The notes under the pieces: generated by a model | The model's database searches: none | What the model saw: only the letters and a program-made list of their open reading frames with translations | What the model was told of the DNA's origin: nothing | Translations under genes and position numbers: made by a program | Assembly (NCBI GenBank): GCA_047638115.1 | Contig: JBLJBB010000057.1 | Coordinates: forward strand, 15,686 to 79,685 | Direction: 5' to 3' | Length of the DNA stretch: 64,000 bases | Origin: Bacteroidales bacterium | GTDB lineage: Bacteria > Bacteroidota > Bacteroidia > Bacteroidales > WCHB1-69 | In this document: piece after piece, positions 34,410 through 43,711 of the stretch | Layout: every line of letters starts with the position of its first letter | How positions within the stretch are numbered: the first letter of the stretch is position 1

Positions 34410-36065
34410 TCAATATACAAATTTACTTCCACCCACAAATTCTCTTAAAATCGATGTCCCTGGAATAAGTTCATCTGGAATGGGTTTAAAATAGGAAAGG
34501 AAATTCAACAACCGAGCGGCTTCAGCATATTCGGGAGCAGTTTCAGGAACCTCAAGTAAAATAGGTAATGCATAAGGTTTTAGCACTCCTAACTCATATA
34601 TTAATGAAGTATTAAACATCATATCCGCATTTTCTTGAAATGGGAAAATATTTTTTTCTTCCCCATTTCTAACACTTGGCCATCTTTTAAGGGTGTCTAA
34701 AGCAGAATAACTCCTATAATTATAATCTCTTATGATCCTGCGAATTAGTCTGTTATCAGTCGTTGGAATCGGATTCATTTTGTCTATAGATAACGACGTT
34801 AATGCAGAAACAAAAATTTTATATTTTGTCGAGTCATCAACCAATTCTGTTAATTTTGGATTTAAACAATGTATCCCTTCAACGACTAAAATTGAATTTT
34901 CTTGAAGTTTAATTTTATGTCCATGCCACTCTTTAGTTCCAGTTGTAAAATTAAAACGTGGAATTTCAACTTCCTCACCTGCTAAGAGTTGAATCAAAGT
35001 GTTGTTAAATAGCATTAAATCAATAGCATCTAAAGATTCAAAGTCATAATTTCCATGTTCATCCAGTGGTGTTTCGTTACGTTCAACGAAAAAATCATCT
35101 ACTGAAATTTGAATAGGATGAAAATCAAGTACACTCAATTGAACAGAAAGTCTTTTACATGATGTTGTTTTCCCTGAACTTGAGGGGCCACTAATCAAAA
35201 TCATTTTACTCCCTTTTTTTAAAATCTCATCCGCACAATTTGCCCAGATTTTTTCTTGTAGAGCTTCCGTTGTAAGTATAAGATCTCCAATATCTTTCTT
35301 TTCAACTCTTTTGTTTAAATCACTGATATAAGGTACCCCAATCCTTTTACCCCAATCTTTAAATTGTTTGTAAACTGTAAAAAGTTTTGGCATTTTTCGA
35401 GTCATCCCAATTGATGTTGGACGTTTTTTACTGGGAACTTTTAAAAGTAAACCAGTTTCGTAAAGTTCTAATTGGAAGTGTTTTAAGTATTCTGTTGATG
35501 GAAGTAAATGACTGTAATAGTAGTTAACCACATCATCTAAAAGATACACAGTTGTGAAAAATTTAGTTCGATCTAAGAAAATATCAAACTCATTTATCCC
35601 ACCATTTTTTTCATGATCATGATACGCTTGCTCAGATAAGATTTCAATTCTTTTGAATGGCAATTTTTTTTCAACAATTTCCATCATTCGGTTTTGAATA
35701 CTCTCGGCAACATTTTGAGATAATGCAATCGGTAAATGTTCTAATTCACAGTATTTTCCTCCGGATATTGAATGAAGAACATTGAGTGTAGCAGAAGGAT
35801 ATAAGTCATGAACAGCTTTATATAACACAAAAAATAGTGATCTTGTGTACATCTCAATACCATGAGAAGAAGTCATATCAAAGAAATCAATAACACAAGG
35901 TTTATGCACCCGGTAACTTAAAGATCTCACTTTGTTATTAACTAATCCACCTAAGTAGGGTAGTCCATTGTGGATGTTTTTTTGTTCAACAATCTCCTGA
36001 AGAGTTGATCCATAAGGGATTACAATGGTTTCTTTTAAGTTGATGATAAAAACTTCTACAGTCAT
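34410..36065 (-). CDS. Uridine kinase/PRK-family nucleoside kinase with N-terminal TGS-like extension
   Basis: P-loop ILISGPSSSGKTT, with ..VDDFFVERNETPLDEHGNYDFESLDAID..VVEGIHCLNP as in udk/PRK kinases. Start moved to ATG at 36065 because the longer ORF runs through repeat D and the -7 box. Confidence 0.7.
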   Translation of the reverse strand: MTVEVFIINLKETIVIPYGSTLQEIVEQKNIHNGLPYLGGLVNNKVRSLSYRVHKPCVIDFFDMTSSHGIEMYTRSLFFVLYKAVHDLYPSATLNVLHSISGGKYCELEHLPIALSQNVAESIQNRMMEIVEKKLPFKRIEILSEQAYHDHEKNGGINEFDIFLDRTKFFTTVYLLDDVVNYYYSHLLPSTEYLKHFQLELYETGLLLKVPSKKRPTSIGMTRKMPKLFTVYKQFKDWGKRIGVPYISDLNKRVEKKDIGDLILTTEALQEKIWANCADEILKKGSKMILISGPSSSGKTTSCKRLSVQLSVLDFHPIQISVDDFFVERNETPLDEHGNYDFESLDAIDLMLFNNTLIQLLAGEEVEIPRFNFTTGTKEWHGHKIKLQENSILVVEGIHCLNPKLTELVDDSTKYKIFVSALTSLSIDKMNPIPTTDNRLIRRIIRDYNYRSYSALDTLKRWPSVRNGEEKNIFPFQENADMMFNTSLIYELGVLKPYALPILLEVPETAPEYAEAARLLNFLSYFKPIPDELIPGTSILREFVGGSKFVY

Positions 36066-36084
36066 AGTTTCAATATTTAGAATG

Positions 36085-36092
36085 CAAATATA
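36085..36092 (-). promoter_or_regulatory. Candidate -7 box for the kinase-like gene
   Basis: Minus-strand TATATTTG, 19 nt upstream of ATG at 36065. Confidence 0.4.
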
Positions 36093-36114
36093 CGGATAAT
36101 TTTTTTTATCTAAT

Positions 36115-36311
36115 GGGCGTGCCGGCTTTTCCATCGCAAGACCCACCGCACGCCGTCGGGCTTACTACGGGGTCCGCTTCGCTGCCGTGCTTCACCTCAC
36201 TTCGCTTTGGAAAATGCACTCCATTTATTCAAAACAAAACGGCGCTCGTTCAGGTTCGCACCGCCTACGGCGCCCTACGTATCCCTCACGCACAAAACCG
36301 CAAGCGGTTTT
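36115..36311 (+). repeat. GC-rich modular repeat, copy D (197-nt core, no heptamer flanks)
   Basis: GGGCGTGCCGGC..GCACGCCGTCGGGCTT..GGGGTCCGCTTCGCTGCCGTGCTTC..[AT-rich 32 nt]..GGCGCTCGTTCAGGTTCGCACCGCCTACGGCGCCCT..ATCCCTCACGC..AAAACCGCAAGCGGTTTT. Confidence 0.8.
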
Positions 36312-36562
36312 AAAGAACTATCAAGTTCTGAATCATTTTGCGAAGAACCTGTAGATTTTATTCTATTAAAAGAGTGGAATTATTCTTTATAAATAGATAT
36401 AATTCAAATATTTAAAAACAATAAATTATAACATAGCAACTCTAACACTTTTTAAGTAGAATAATATGAAAACGATTCATCTGGAATTTTTAAAACATCA
36501 CAAGGATTTCTTAATTTTGATTTTATTCTCAATATTTAAAAACAACAATCTTCCAAAACTTC

Positions 36563-36584
36563 ATTAAGTTTGATCAAACTTAAT
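36563..36584. repeat. Perfect 22-bp palindrome ATTAAGTTTGA|TCAAACTTAAT
   Basis: Read directly. Lies 67 nt beyond the stop of the minus-strand transposase gene. Confidence 0.9.
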
Positions 36585-36650
36585 ATTTGACATACATTTT
36601 TTAATCAATCAAGGATTCTTAACTGAAATCTAACAAAAAAACGATTTGTA

Positions 36651-37658
36651 TTATACAAACATTCTACATTTTTTATATCTCACTTTTCCATCCTTTACTT
36701 GAATCGATTTTTCAAGAAATACTGCAGTAAGATCTCTCTCGTGTTTGATTTGTTCAATTAACAAAAACCAATACAAATAGTTTTGTAAATATGTTGAAGA
36801 TACCCCTTTAAATCTCTCCATCCAGAACAATAGATCAAAGATCAATTTTTGAGAGTTTTCGGTGTTAAAATATTTGTTTTTCCCTTTAATCCTTTTCTGA
36901 TTCTCTAAAACATGATAACTGAATTTTTTTCTTATGGCAAACAGCTTTAAGGAAATATTTTGATCGATACATAATTTCTTTACACTTTTGAGTTTTGAGA
37001 AGAAAGTATCTCTTAAATCAAACTCACTAACTTTCCCAATTTTGATTACTTTGAAATCAATTTTATGGTTTCGATCGTTAACAACAATAACAGAAACATG
37101 CTCTTGATTTTTTTTTAATTCTTCATTATCTGATTTAATTTCTCCTTTTGCACCGATTTTTTTTGCTTTTGCTCCCTGTCCTTTTTTTGAGAATGGGAAA
37201 AGATATTCAATGATTTCAATAATTCCACTAAATTGTTTGGGAACATGTTCAGCCAGAGTAGAAATAATCTTATGTCTCCAATCAAAGGTGGTTTGAATAC
37301 TTAAAGAAAGCAATTTTGCGCATTCTTTTAAACTACTTCCAGATAACATTTCAAAAATGAAAGGTTTTAGTAAATGTTTTTTCTTTAAATATGAAATACA
37401 AGTTCCAGTGAATTCATTAAATCTTTTACTACATTTTTTGCATTTATAGTTTTGTACCCCTTTACGTTTTCCGTATAATATAAATTGCGATTTTCCACAA
37501 TGTGGACAAACTTTAATATTTTTTCGATTGATATCTTCACAAATATCAAAAAGAGGAGTTTTTAATGTAATTTTGGAATAAAGAGTATCAACTATTTTCT
37601 TTTGGACTTCAATATTTGAAGTGTTGAAAACCTGGGTAATTGGGGCTAGTTCATTCAT
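36651..37658 (-). CDS. IS1595-family (ISXO2-like) transposase with N-terminal zinc ribbon and HTH
   Basis: CPHCGKSQFILYGKRKGVQNYKCKKCSKRFNEFTG zinc ribbon, HTH SLKECAKLLSLSIQTTFDWRHKI, and C-terminal ..FWMERFKGVSSTYLQNYLYWF typical of the ISXO2-like DDE domain. IS ends not identifiable. Confidence 0.6.
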   Translation of the reverse strand: MNELAPITQVFNTSNIEVQKKIVDTLYSKITLKTPLFDICEDINRKNIKVCPHCGKSQFILYGKRKGVQNYKCKKCSKRFNEFTGTCISYLKKKHLLKPFIFEMLSGSSLKECAKLLSLSIQTTFDWRHKIISTLAEHVPKQFSGIIEIIEYLFPFSKKGQGAKAKKIGAKGEIKSDNEELKKNQEHVSVIVVNDRNHKIDFKVIKIGKVSEFDLRDTFFSKLKSVKKLCIDQNISLKLFAIRKKFSYHVLENQKRIKGKNKYFNTENSQKLIFDLLFWMERFKGVSSTYLQNYLYWFLLIEQIKHERDLTAVFLEKSIQVKDGKVRYKKCRMFV

Positions 37659-37692
37659 AGAAGTTAGAGTTAATGAGTACTAATAGTGACTG

Positions 37693-37700
37693 CAAATATA
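37693..37700 (-). promoter_or_regulatory. Candidate -7 box for the transposase gene
   Basis: Minus-strand TATATTTG, 34 nt upstream of ATG at 37658. Confidence 0.35.
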
Positions 37701-37963
37701 TAAAAATAATTTAGAAATAATCCCCACAAGAAAAAAAATCAATTCTAATTAAAGTGTGGAAGTGTGCATGTTTTTAAATTAAGTTGTATTCAAGTACTAT
37801 AAATTCAATGATTTATATTTATAAAACCACACCGTATCTGGAATAGGATCCACAGGTTTACCCTTGAAGCTATAGTCCAATTCACTCGCATGAACATATC
37901 ACTATTAGTAAATGCTAAAATATTTCAGTTTTGTCTGACGTATTAATTCTTTATTAGAAAACT

Positions 37964-39757
37964 CTATCTGTTAATCAAAAAATGTTGAAAAATAATTTTT
38001 GATTTTGATTTACCTACTACATTTGACAGTTCATCTAATGAAGCTGTTTTAATTTTTTTGACACTTTTAAAATGCACTAAGAGTTGTTCTTTTGTTTTGG
38101 GTCCGATACCAGAAATTTCATCCAATTCAGAACTAATGCTCTTTTTGGATCTTCTTTTTCTATGATGCGTGATCCCGAAACGATGAACTTCATCACGAAT
38201 AAATTGGAGTAGCTTTTGAGATTCAGATTTCTTGTCTATATAAATTGGGAGTGATTCATTCACTTTATAGATATCTTCCAATCGTTTTGCAATGCCAATA
38301 ATCATAATTTTATTCTCAAGATTGAGCTTTGAAAGTGCTTTATTTGCTGCACTTAATTGTCCTTTCCCTCCATCAATAATAATCAGATCAGGTAATGGAG
38401 TGTTCTCCTCTAAAACACGATGATATCTTCTAAAAACAACCTCTTCCATGGATGCAAAATCGTCTGGACCAACAACGCTTTTGATGTTAAAATGTCTGTA
38501 TTCTCGCTTCTCTGGCTTTCCATTGATGAAGCAAACCATAGCTGCAACTGGTTCATCACCTCCTGTATTAGAATTATCAAAACATTCAATCCGATCTGGG
38601 ACTTTATCCATTTGTAAATCGTTCTGTAGTGTTTTTAGAATCCGTTTTTGATGCCTATTGGGATCAATAAGTTCTTCTTGTTTCCTTTTTTCCAAGATAA
38701 AAAATTTAACATTTTTCTCACTAAGTTCAAGAAGTTTCTTTTTATCACCTCTCTTCGGTACTGTAAAGAAAATATTGTCAAGTTTAATTTCAAGATGGAA
38801 TGGAACAATGATCTCCTTGGATAGTGGACCAAATCGTTTCTCAATTTCAACAATTCCCATTAATAAAAGATCTTCCTGCGATAAATCCACTATCTTGACT
38901 AATTCCAATGTAAATGCTTGAATAATAGAGCCCTCCACGATCCTAAGAAAGTTAATATATGCTGCATCATCCTCTGTGTTGATGGCAAATACATCGCAAT
39001 TTGTGATTTCGGGATTAACAACTACCGATTTTCCTTTAAATGTTTCTAATATTTCAATTTTTTCCTTGATGATTTGTGCCTTTTCAAACTCCCATTTCTC
39101 TGCATAATACATCATCTCTTCTCGTAATTGTTTGATTACTGAACTGTTGTTCCCTTTAATGATTTCAATAGCTTTTTTGATATTTGAATTATATTCTTCT
39201 GAAGAAATGAGTTGAACACAAGGTGCAGCACACTTTTTTATGTGAAATTGAAGACACGGGCGAACATGCTGAGATATCACCTTACAGGTTCTTATTGGAA
39301 AAACTTCAAAAATGGTTTCCAACAATGTGTGCATAAATCGCCCCGAAGGATAGGGTCCAAAAAGATCTTGCTTGTTTTTGTCAGGTTGTCGTGTCGAAAA
39401 TATTCTAGGAAACTCCTCTTTTGAAATCGCAATCCAAGGGTAAGTTTTGTCATCTTTTAACATGACATTGTATCGTGGCCGATACTCTTTGATCATACTA
39501 TTTTCTAATAATAATGCTTCCCACTCAGTATTTACAACGATAGTTTGAATGTCAACAATTTTACTAACAAGAACTCTTACTTTACCTAATTCATGGTTTT
39601 TATTAAAATAGGATGAAACTCGTTTTTTTAAATCTTTTGCCTTCCCAATATATATTATTTTCCCTGTTTCATCAATAAAACGATACACCCCTGGTTTGTT
39701 AGGAAGTGTTTTTAAAATTAATAAAATATTAGAAAGTATCGGATTTTTTTTGATCAT
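37964..39757 (-). CDS. uvrC: Excinuclease ABC subunit C
   Basis: GIY-YIG (PGVYRF..GKIIYIGKAKDLKKRVSSY), UVR domain, RNase H-like endonuclease domain and C-terminal (HhH)2 (ISGIGPKTKEQLL). Internal ATG at 39757 chosen. Confidence 0.85.
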   Translation of the reverse strand: MIKKNPILSNILLILKTLPNKPGVYRFIDETGKIIYIGKAKDLKKRVSSYFNKNHELGKVRVLVSKIVDIQTIVVNTEWEALLLENSMIKEYRPRYNVMLKDDKTYPWIAISKEEFPRIFSTRQPDKNKQDLFGPYPSGRFMHTLLETIFEVFPIRTCKVISQHVRPCLQFHIKKCAAPCVQLISSEEYNSNIKKAIEIIKGNNSSVIKQLREEMMYYAEKWEFEKAQIIKEKIEILETFKGKSVVVNPEITNCDVFAINTEDDAAYINFLRIVEGSIIQAFTLELVKIVDLSQEDLLLMGIVEIEKRFGPLSKEIIVPFHLEIKLDNIFFTVPKRGDKKKLLELSEKNVKFFILEKRKQEELIDPNRHQKRILKTLQNDLQMDKVPDRIECFDNSNTGGDEPVAAMVCFINGKPEKREYRHFNIKSVVGPDDFASMEEVVFRRYHRVLEENTPLPDLIIIDGGKGQLSAANKALSKLNLENKIMIIGIAKRLEDIYKVNESLPIYIDKKSESQKLLQFIRDEVHRFGITHHRKRRSKKSISSELDEISGIGPKTKEQLLVHFKSVKKIKTASLDELSNVVGKSKSKIIFQHFLINR

Positions 39758-39761
39758 AATG

Positions 39762-39769
39762 CAAAAATA
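39762..39769 (-). promoter_or_regulatory. Candidate -7 box abutting the uvrC start (near-leaderless)
   Basis: Minus-strand TATTTTTG ends 4 nt before ATG at 39757. It lies inside the 12-codon extension of the ORF-track call. Confidence 0.35.
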
Positions 39770-39831
39770 AAATAATTTTGGAAATATAAACAATTATTAC
39801 TCCATTTTTAAGAAAATTGACACTTTTTTTT

Positions 39832-39839
39832 TATATTTG
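39832..39839 (+). promoter_or_regulatory. Candidate -7 box for the 39866-42093 gene string
   Basis: TATATTTG, 26 nt upstream of ATG at 39866. Confidence 0.4.
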
Positions 39840-39865
39840 CAAATTAAAATTTAAATCTCATATTA

Positions 39866-40753
39866 ATGAAAGAAAATGTTTATTGTACTACTTATGTTCC
39901 TACGCAAACAGGAGAAATTATTATTGAATCAGAACATGTTTTAGATAGTTCTGTCGAGTTTAATGACCAAGGGAAGGAGATTGTTATTGAAAATTTTGAT
40001 GAAAATAATAGCGTCTTTTCAAAAGAAGTATATGAATACGATTCTAATGGAAATCGAATCTCTGAAGATCTCTATGATTTTAATAATGAAATAATTGAAA
40101 AAATTAGATATAAATATAATGAAGATGGAAAAGTAATATTCCAATCTGAACAATATGTGGAAAGTGAAGAACAATATATTACGAAATATATTTACCAAGA
40201 TCAAAAATTAGTTCAGATAGATCATTTTTGCGACGAAGCTTTTGAGTATACTGAAAAGAAATTTATGTATGAGAAGAACTTTTTAGTAAAAGAGATAGAA
40301 TATAATGAAGATGAAGAAGTTAAGATAATCATTCAATATAAATATGACATCAATGGAATGTTAGTAAAAATGATTAAAGATGAAGTTATTGAGAAAGATA
40401 GAAGATCTTACGAATATTTTTATGATTCCAATGGAAATAAAGTTAAAGAATTGATTTATAATTTTAAAGATAAATTAATTGCTGCACATTACATAAAGTA
40501 TAATGATAAAAATCAAGAAATTGAAAGTGAATGGGAGGATTTGGACAATTATAGAAAAACATGCAGTGAATACGAAGGTGATATGCAAGTGAAACTTCAA
40601 ATTTTAGATAAAGATGGAAAAGTTTTAATTATTTCTGAATATATCAGAGATGAAAATGGAAAGATTCTTGAACTTAGAAGATACGATTTTGATGATCTTT
40701 ATACAAATCAAATTCAACTTTCAAAAGTGTATACTTATGAGAGAATAGATTAA
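39866..40753 (+). CDS. Hypothetical acidic cytoplasmic repeat protein (YD-repeat-like units)
   Basis: No signal peptide. Recurrent Y-E-Y-D-S-N-G-N-x-x-x-E / Y-K-Y-N-E-D-G-K units roughly every 40 aa. 295 aa. Confidence 0.55.
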   Translation: MKENVYCTTYVPTQTGEIIIESEHVLDSSVEFNDQGKEIVIENFDENNSVFSKEVYEYDSNGNRISEDLYDFNNEIIEKIRYKYNEDGKVIFQSEQYVESEEQYITKYIYQDQKLVQIDHFCDEAFEYTEKKFMYEKNFLVKEIEYNEDEEVKIIIQYKYDINGMLVKMIKDEVIEKDRRSYEYFYDSNGNKVKELIYNFKDKLIAAHYIKYNDKNQEIESEWEDLDNYRKTCSEYEGDMQVKLQILDKDGKVLIISEYIRDENGKILELRRYDFDDLYTNQIQLSKVYTYERID

Positions 40754-40754
40754 A

Positions 40755-41312
40755 ATGAAACGTTTATTTATTGCAGTTCCTGTTAATCTTTCTCCGACAC
40801 TAATTAACCATACTTTAAATTTGCAAAAAGAGTTCTATAGAGATCATATTGTTTGGGTAAAACCCGATTTACAACATTTAACTTTGCGTTTTTTAGGAAA
40901 AACACCAGATAACTTCATCGATCAACTTTTAAAATCTATGGAAATTGTTGCTCAGGAAACAGAAAAGTTTGAATTGGAAATAAATAAATTAGGTGTTTTT
41001 GGTAGTAAATATGCACCAAAAGTGTTGTGGTATGGGTTTCAAGATTTTATAAAATTTAAAGAGCTTTTTCTAAAATTGGAACCCTTAATTAACAACATCG
41101 GATTTGAGCCAAATTATGGTAATTTTGTACCACATTTGACGATTGGAAGAATAAAAAAAATTGAAAATAAAAGAATGTTTACAGAAATTGTTACTCAAAA
41201 CCAACCAATCTTCTCTCAAACAATCCCAATTCATGAAATTCAACTCATAAGAAGCAAACTCTCTGCAGACGGTCCAAAATATACCATTTTGGAGAAATTT
41301 AATCTACAATAA
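40755..41312 (+). CDS. thpR: RNA 2',3'-cyclic phosphodiesterase (2H phosphoesterase, LigT/ThpR family)
   Basis: Two H-x-T-x motifs (HLTLRFLG and HLTIGRI) at the expected spacing. 185 aa. Confidence 0.8.
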   Translation: MKRLFIAVPVNLSPTLINHTLNLQKEFYRDHIVWVKPDLQHLTLRFLGKTPDNFIDQLLKSMEIVAQETEKFELEINKLGVFGSKYAPKVLWYGFQDFIKFKELFLKLEPLINNIGFEPNYGNFVPHLTIGRIKKIENKRMFTEIVTQNQPIFSQTIPIHEIQLIRSKLSADGPKYTILEKFNLQ

Positions 41313-41322
41313 ACCTCAATCA

Positions 41323-42093
41323 ATGATACAAAAATACTCCTATATTACTGTTGATGACGAAAATGCATCCCATCTCATTTTGGATCATTTTTTAAGAGAT
41401 ATCTCTGAATTAGAAAAACTTAATCAATTTTCAGATCCGCTGGAAGCCCTTCATTTTTTAAATCATAACGATTGTGATCTGATTTTCTTGGATATCGATA
41501 TGCCCTATCTGAATGGATTTGAGTTAATACAACAAATTAAGAAAAATATTTTTGTGATTATGATTACAGCCCATGCGCAAAAATATGCATTGAGTGGATA
41601 TCAATATTTAGATAAAGGAGTGATTGACTTTTTAGAGAAACCCATTGAAAAAATCAGATTGGAAGAGGCCATCCAGAGATTTTTGAGAATAAGTAATGAA
41701 CAAAAAGTAAAAGTTAATATTTCTGATATTCTTGGATTTTATTCTGAGGAGATGCTTCAAGTTCAAAAAAAAGATAAATGGGTTTCCATCCCAGTTTCCT
41801 CAGTTAAGTATTTGGCAGTTAGTGGAAATTATGTTCATATTTATGTTAGTAAATTAGAGTATTATACAAAGTATATTTCATTGGAAGAGATATTAAAACA
41901 GTTGCCGAGTGAATGTTTTATTCAGGTAAACAGACAACAAGTTGTAAATTTATTCCATATTGAAAGTTATAATAAAGAGATCATTCAAATTGGAAAATTA
42001 GAAAATGATGATTTTGCGATTATTCCAATTTCAACAAGAAAAAGAAATTTTGTTATTGAACAAATTGAACGTATCAAAAAGACAATTCAGTAA
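41323..42093 (+). CDS. LytR/AlgR-family response regulator (receiver plus LytTR DNA-binding domain)
   Basis: Receiver with DLIFLDIDMP. C-terminal LytTR-like ..VKYLAVSGNYVHIYV..FIQVNRQQVVN. Confidence 0.8.
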   Translation: MIQKYSYITVDDENASHLILDHFLRDISELEKLNQFSDPLEALHFLNHNDCDLIFLDIDMPYLNGFELIQQIKKNIFVIMITAHAQKYALSGYQYLDKGVIDFLEKPIEKIRLEEAIQRFLRISNEQKVKVNISDILGFYSEEMLQVQKKDKWVSIPVSSVKYLAVSGNYVHIYVSKLEYYTKYISLEEILKQLPSECFIQVNRQQVVNLFHIESYNKEIIQIGKLENDDFAIIPISTRKRNFVIEQIERIKKTIQ

Positions 42094-42101
42094 AAGTTGT
42101 T

Positions 42102-43112
42102 TTAAAGATTAATATGTAAAAAAACATGATATTCGTTTTCAGTTTCCGTGAATATCAATTCGTGTTTATTAGGATATAGAAGTTCCAACCTTGCTTTTAA
42201 ATTACTTAAACCTTTAGCTGTGGAATCATGATTATTTATTGAGCTATTCCATTTGTTATTTGTACATTTAAAAACAATCTCATGCTTTGAAAGGGATTCA
42301 AATAGTATTGAAATAACACCTGTTCCATCCTTTAAAACATATTTAAAGGCGTTATTGATCAATGGTTCAAATAAAAGTGGGGCAATTTTTAAGGTAGTAT
42401 GAAATTCAGGAGCTTCAAAATCTACTTGAATTTTATGATTATATCTTTTATTTTCTAATTCAATATACCTTTTATAAAATTTAATTTCTTCATTTAAAAG
42501 CACAATATCTCTGTGCGATTCATCAACATAGTAATGTAACAGTTTAGATAGTTGAAAAATATAATCTGGTAATTTTGTATCTTGCAGAATGGCATCTGCA
42601 TAAATTGAATTTAACACATTATACAAAAAATGTGGTGCAATCCGAGATCTAAGATACGTATTTTCAATGGCATGTTTCTCTTTTTCAAGTTTATTAACTT
42701 TGAGTGCCTCAACATACAATTTTAGAATTATAAAGAAAAGTAAAAATCCTACATCTCTTAACCCAACAAATAAATACACTGATCTTATATAATCTTGAAC
42801 AATATTTTGAGGTAGTGTAAAAGTATTCAGAATTATCGTTGATGAAATATAACCTTCTATAAGAGCAATAATGATAACGGAGAAGAATGAGAATAGTATA
42901 TAAAGTGTTCTTTTGTTTTTCTTAAATAAATATGGAAATAAAACAAAATAATTGAAATATATCGTTATCGCAATGATGATTGTTGAAAAAACTTCATACT
43001 TAACTCCGATAGTTGGTCTAATAAAGGAGTATTTCAAGAAAAAATATCCTGTAAATATCCAAAAAAGGGTATGAGCAATTATTTTAAGATATTTTTTCAT
43101 GTTTTTATTCAT
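42102..43112 (-). CDS. Membrane sensor histidine kinase (LytS/YehU-type His_kinase domain)
   Basis: About 5 N-terminal TM helices, IAPHFLYNVLNSI phosphoacceptor region and HATPase-like C-terminus. Convergent with the response regulator gene. Confidence 0.75.
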   Translation of the reverse strand: MNKNMKKYLKIIAHTLFWIFTGYFFLKYSFIRPTIGVKYEVFSTIIIAITIYFNYFVLFPYLFKKNKRTLYILFSFFSVIIIALIEGYISSTIILNTFTLPQNIVQDYIRSVYLFVGLRDVGFLLFFIILKLYVEALKVNKLEKEKHAIENTYLRSRIAPHFLYNVLNSIYADAILQDTKLPDYIFQLSKLLHYYVDESHRDIVLLNEEIKFYKRYIELENKRYNHKIQVDFEAPEFHTTLKIAPLLFEPLINNAFKYVLKDGTGVISILFESLSKHEIVFKCTNNKWNSSINNHDSTAKGLSNLKARLELLYPNKHELIFTETENEYHVFLHINL

Positions 43113-43701
43113 TGATATAGAGTGGATAAGATGTAAAAGTTACTCTTTCATAATATAGCAAACTGTCATCAATATTTCTTTTAACAAATTGTTCAGGGAT
43201 ATTCATCCATCTTGATCTCCAATCTACAAAATTACCAGAAACCCAAAAGGTTCTATTTGGAATTAAAAAGAGATTGTCGTCTCTTAAATCATCAAAGAGA
43301 TTCAATGAATCCAATACTTGATGACTAACACTAGTTACGGTATAATAATCGAAGGGAGAGCCATTAATCAAAGAAATATGAGATTCTGAAACAGAAACAA
43401 GAACTACACTAGAAACATTACAAGATGTTCCAGGTCCTCGACAAGGGACATGAGTTGGAACACCATTAATAAGGACACAACCTGTGCATTCAGACTGTTC
43501 ATGCCCCATCTTCATATTCAATTGTAACATCGATTTTGTATTTGAACTATAAGGTAAAGAGATGGCTGTGGTAGAGGGTGCTGACTCATTTACAACCTCG
43601 TTTCGTTGGAAAAGGATTGGATCTTCTGTACATCGAACTAAAAAAATGAATGCAATGATGAATATGCTGAAATGTAAGTAATTTATGAGTTTCTTTTTCA
43701 T
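43105..43701 (-). CDS. Hypothetical lipoprotein with 4-Cys cluster
   Basis: Lipobox FLVRC. Cluster is HEQSECTGCVLINGVPTHVPCRGPGTSC. The stop overlaps the kinase start by 8 nt. Confidence 0.6.
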   Translation of the reverse strand: MKKKLINYLHFSIFIIAFIFLVRCTEDPILFQRNEVVNESAPSTTAISLPYSSNTKSMLQLNMKMGHEQSECTGCVLINGVPTHVPCRGPGTSCNVSSVVLVSVSESHISLINGSPFDYYTVTSVSHQVLDSLNLFDDLRDDNLFLIPNRTFWVSGNFVDWRSRWMNIPEQFVKRNIDDSLLYYERVTFTSYPLYINE

Positions 43702-43711
43702 GAGATTAAAT

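Noticed and set aside
36358-37849. Two additional full MITE copies (about 36358-36466 and 37743-37849) flanking the transposase gene
   Set aside because: Only the left-end-like half-sites are convincing. The putative right ends match at roughly 14/19 nt. An alternative explanation (local duplication GATTTTATTCT..CAAATATTTAAAAACAA at 36353 and 36520 with a 41-bp insert) fits part of the data. They are reported only as half-sites.
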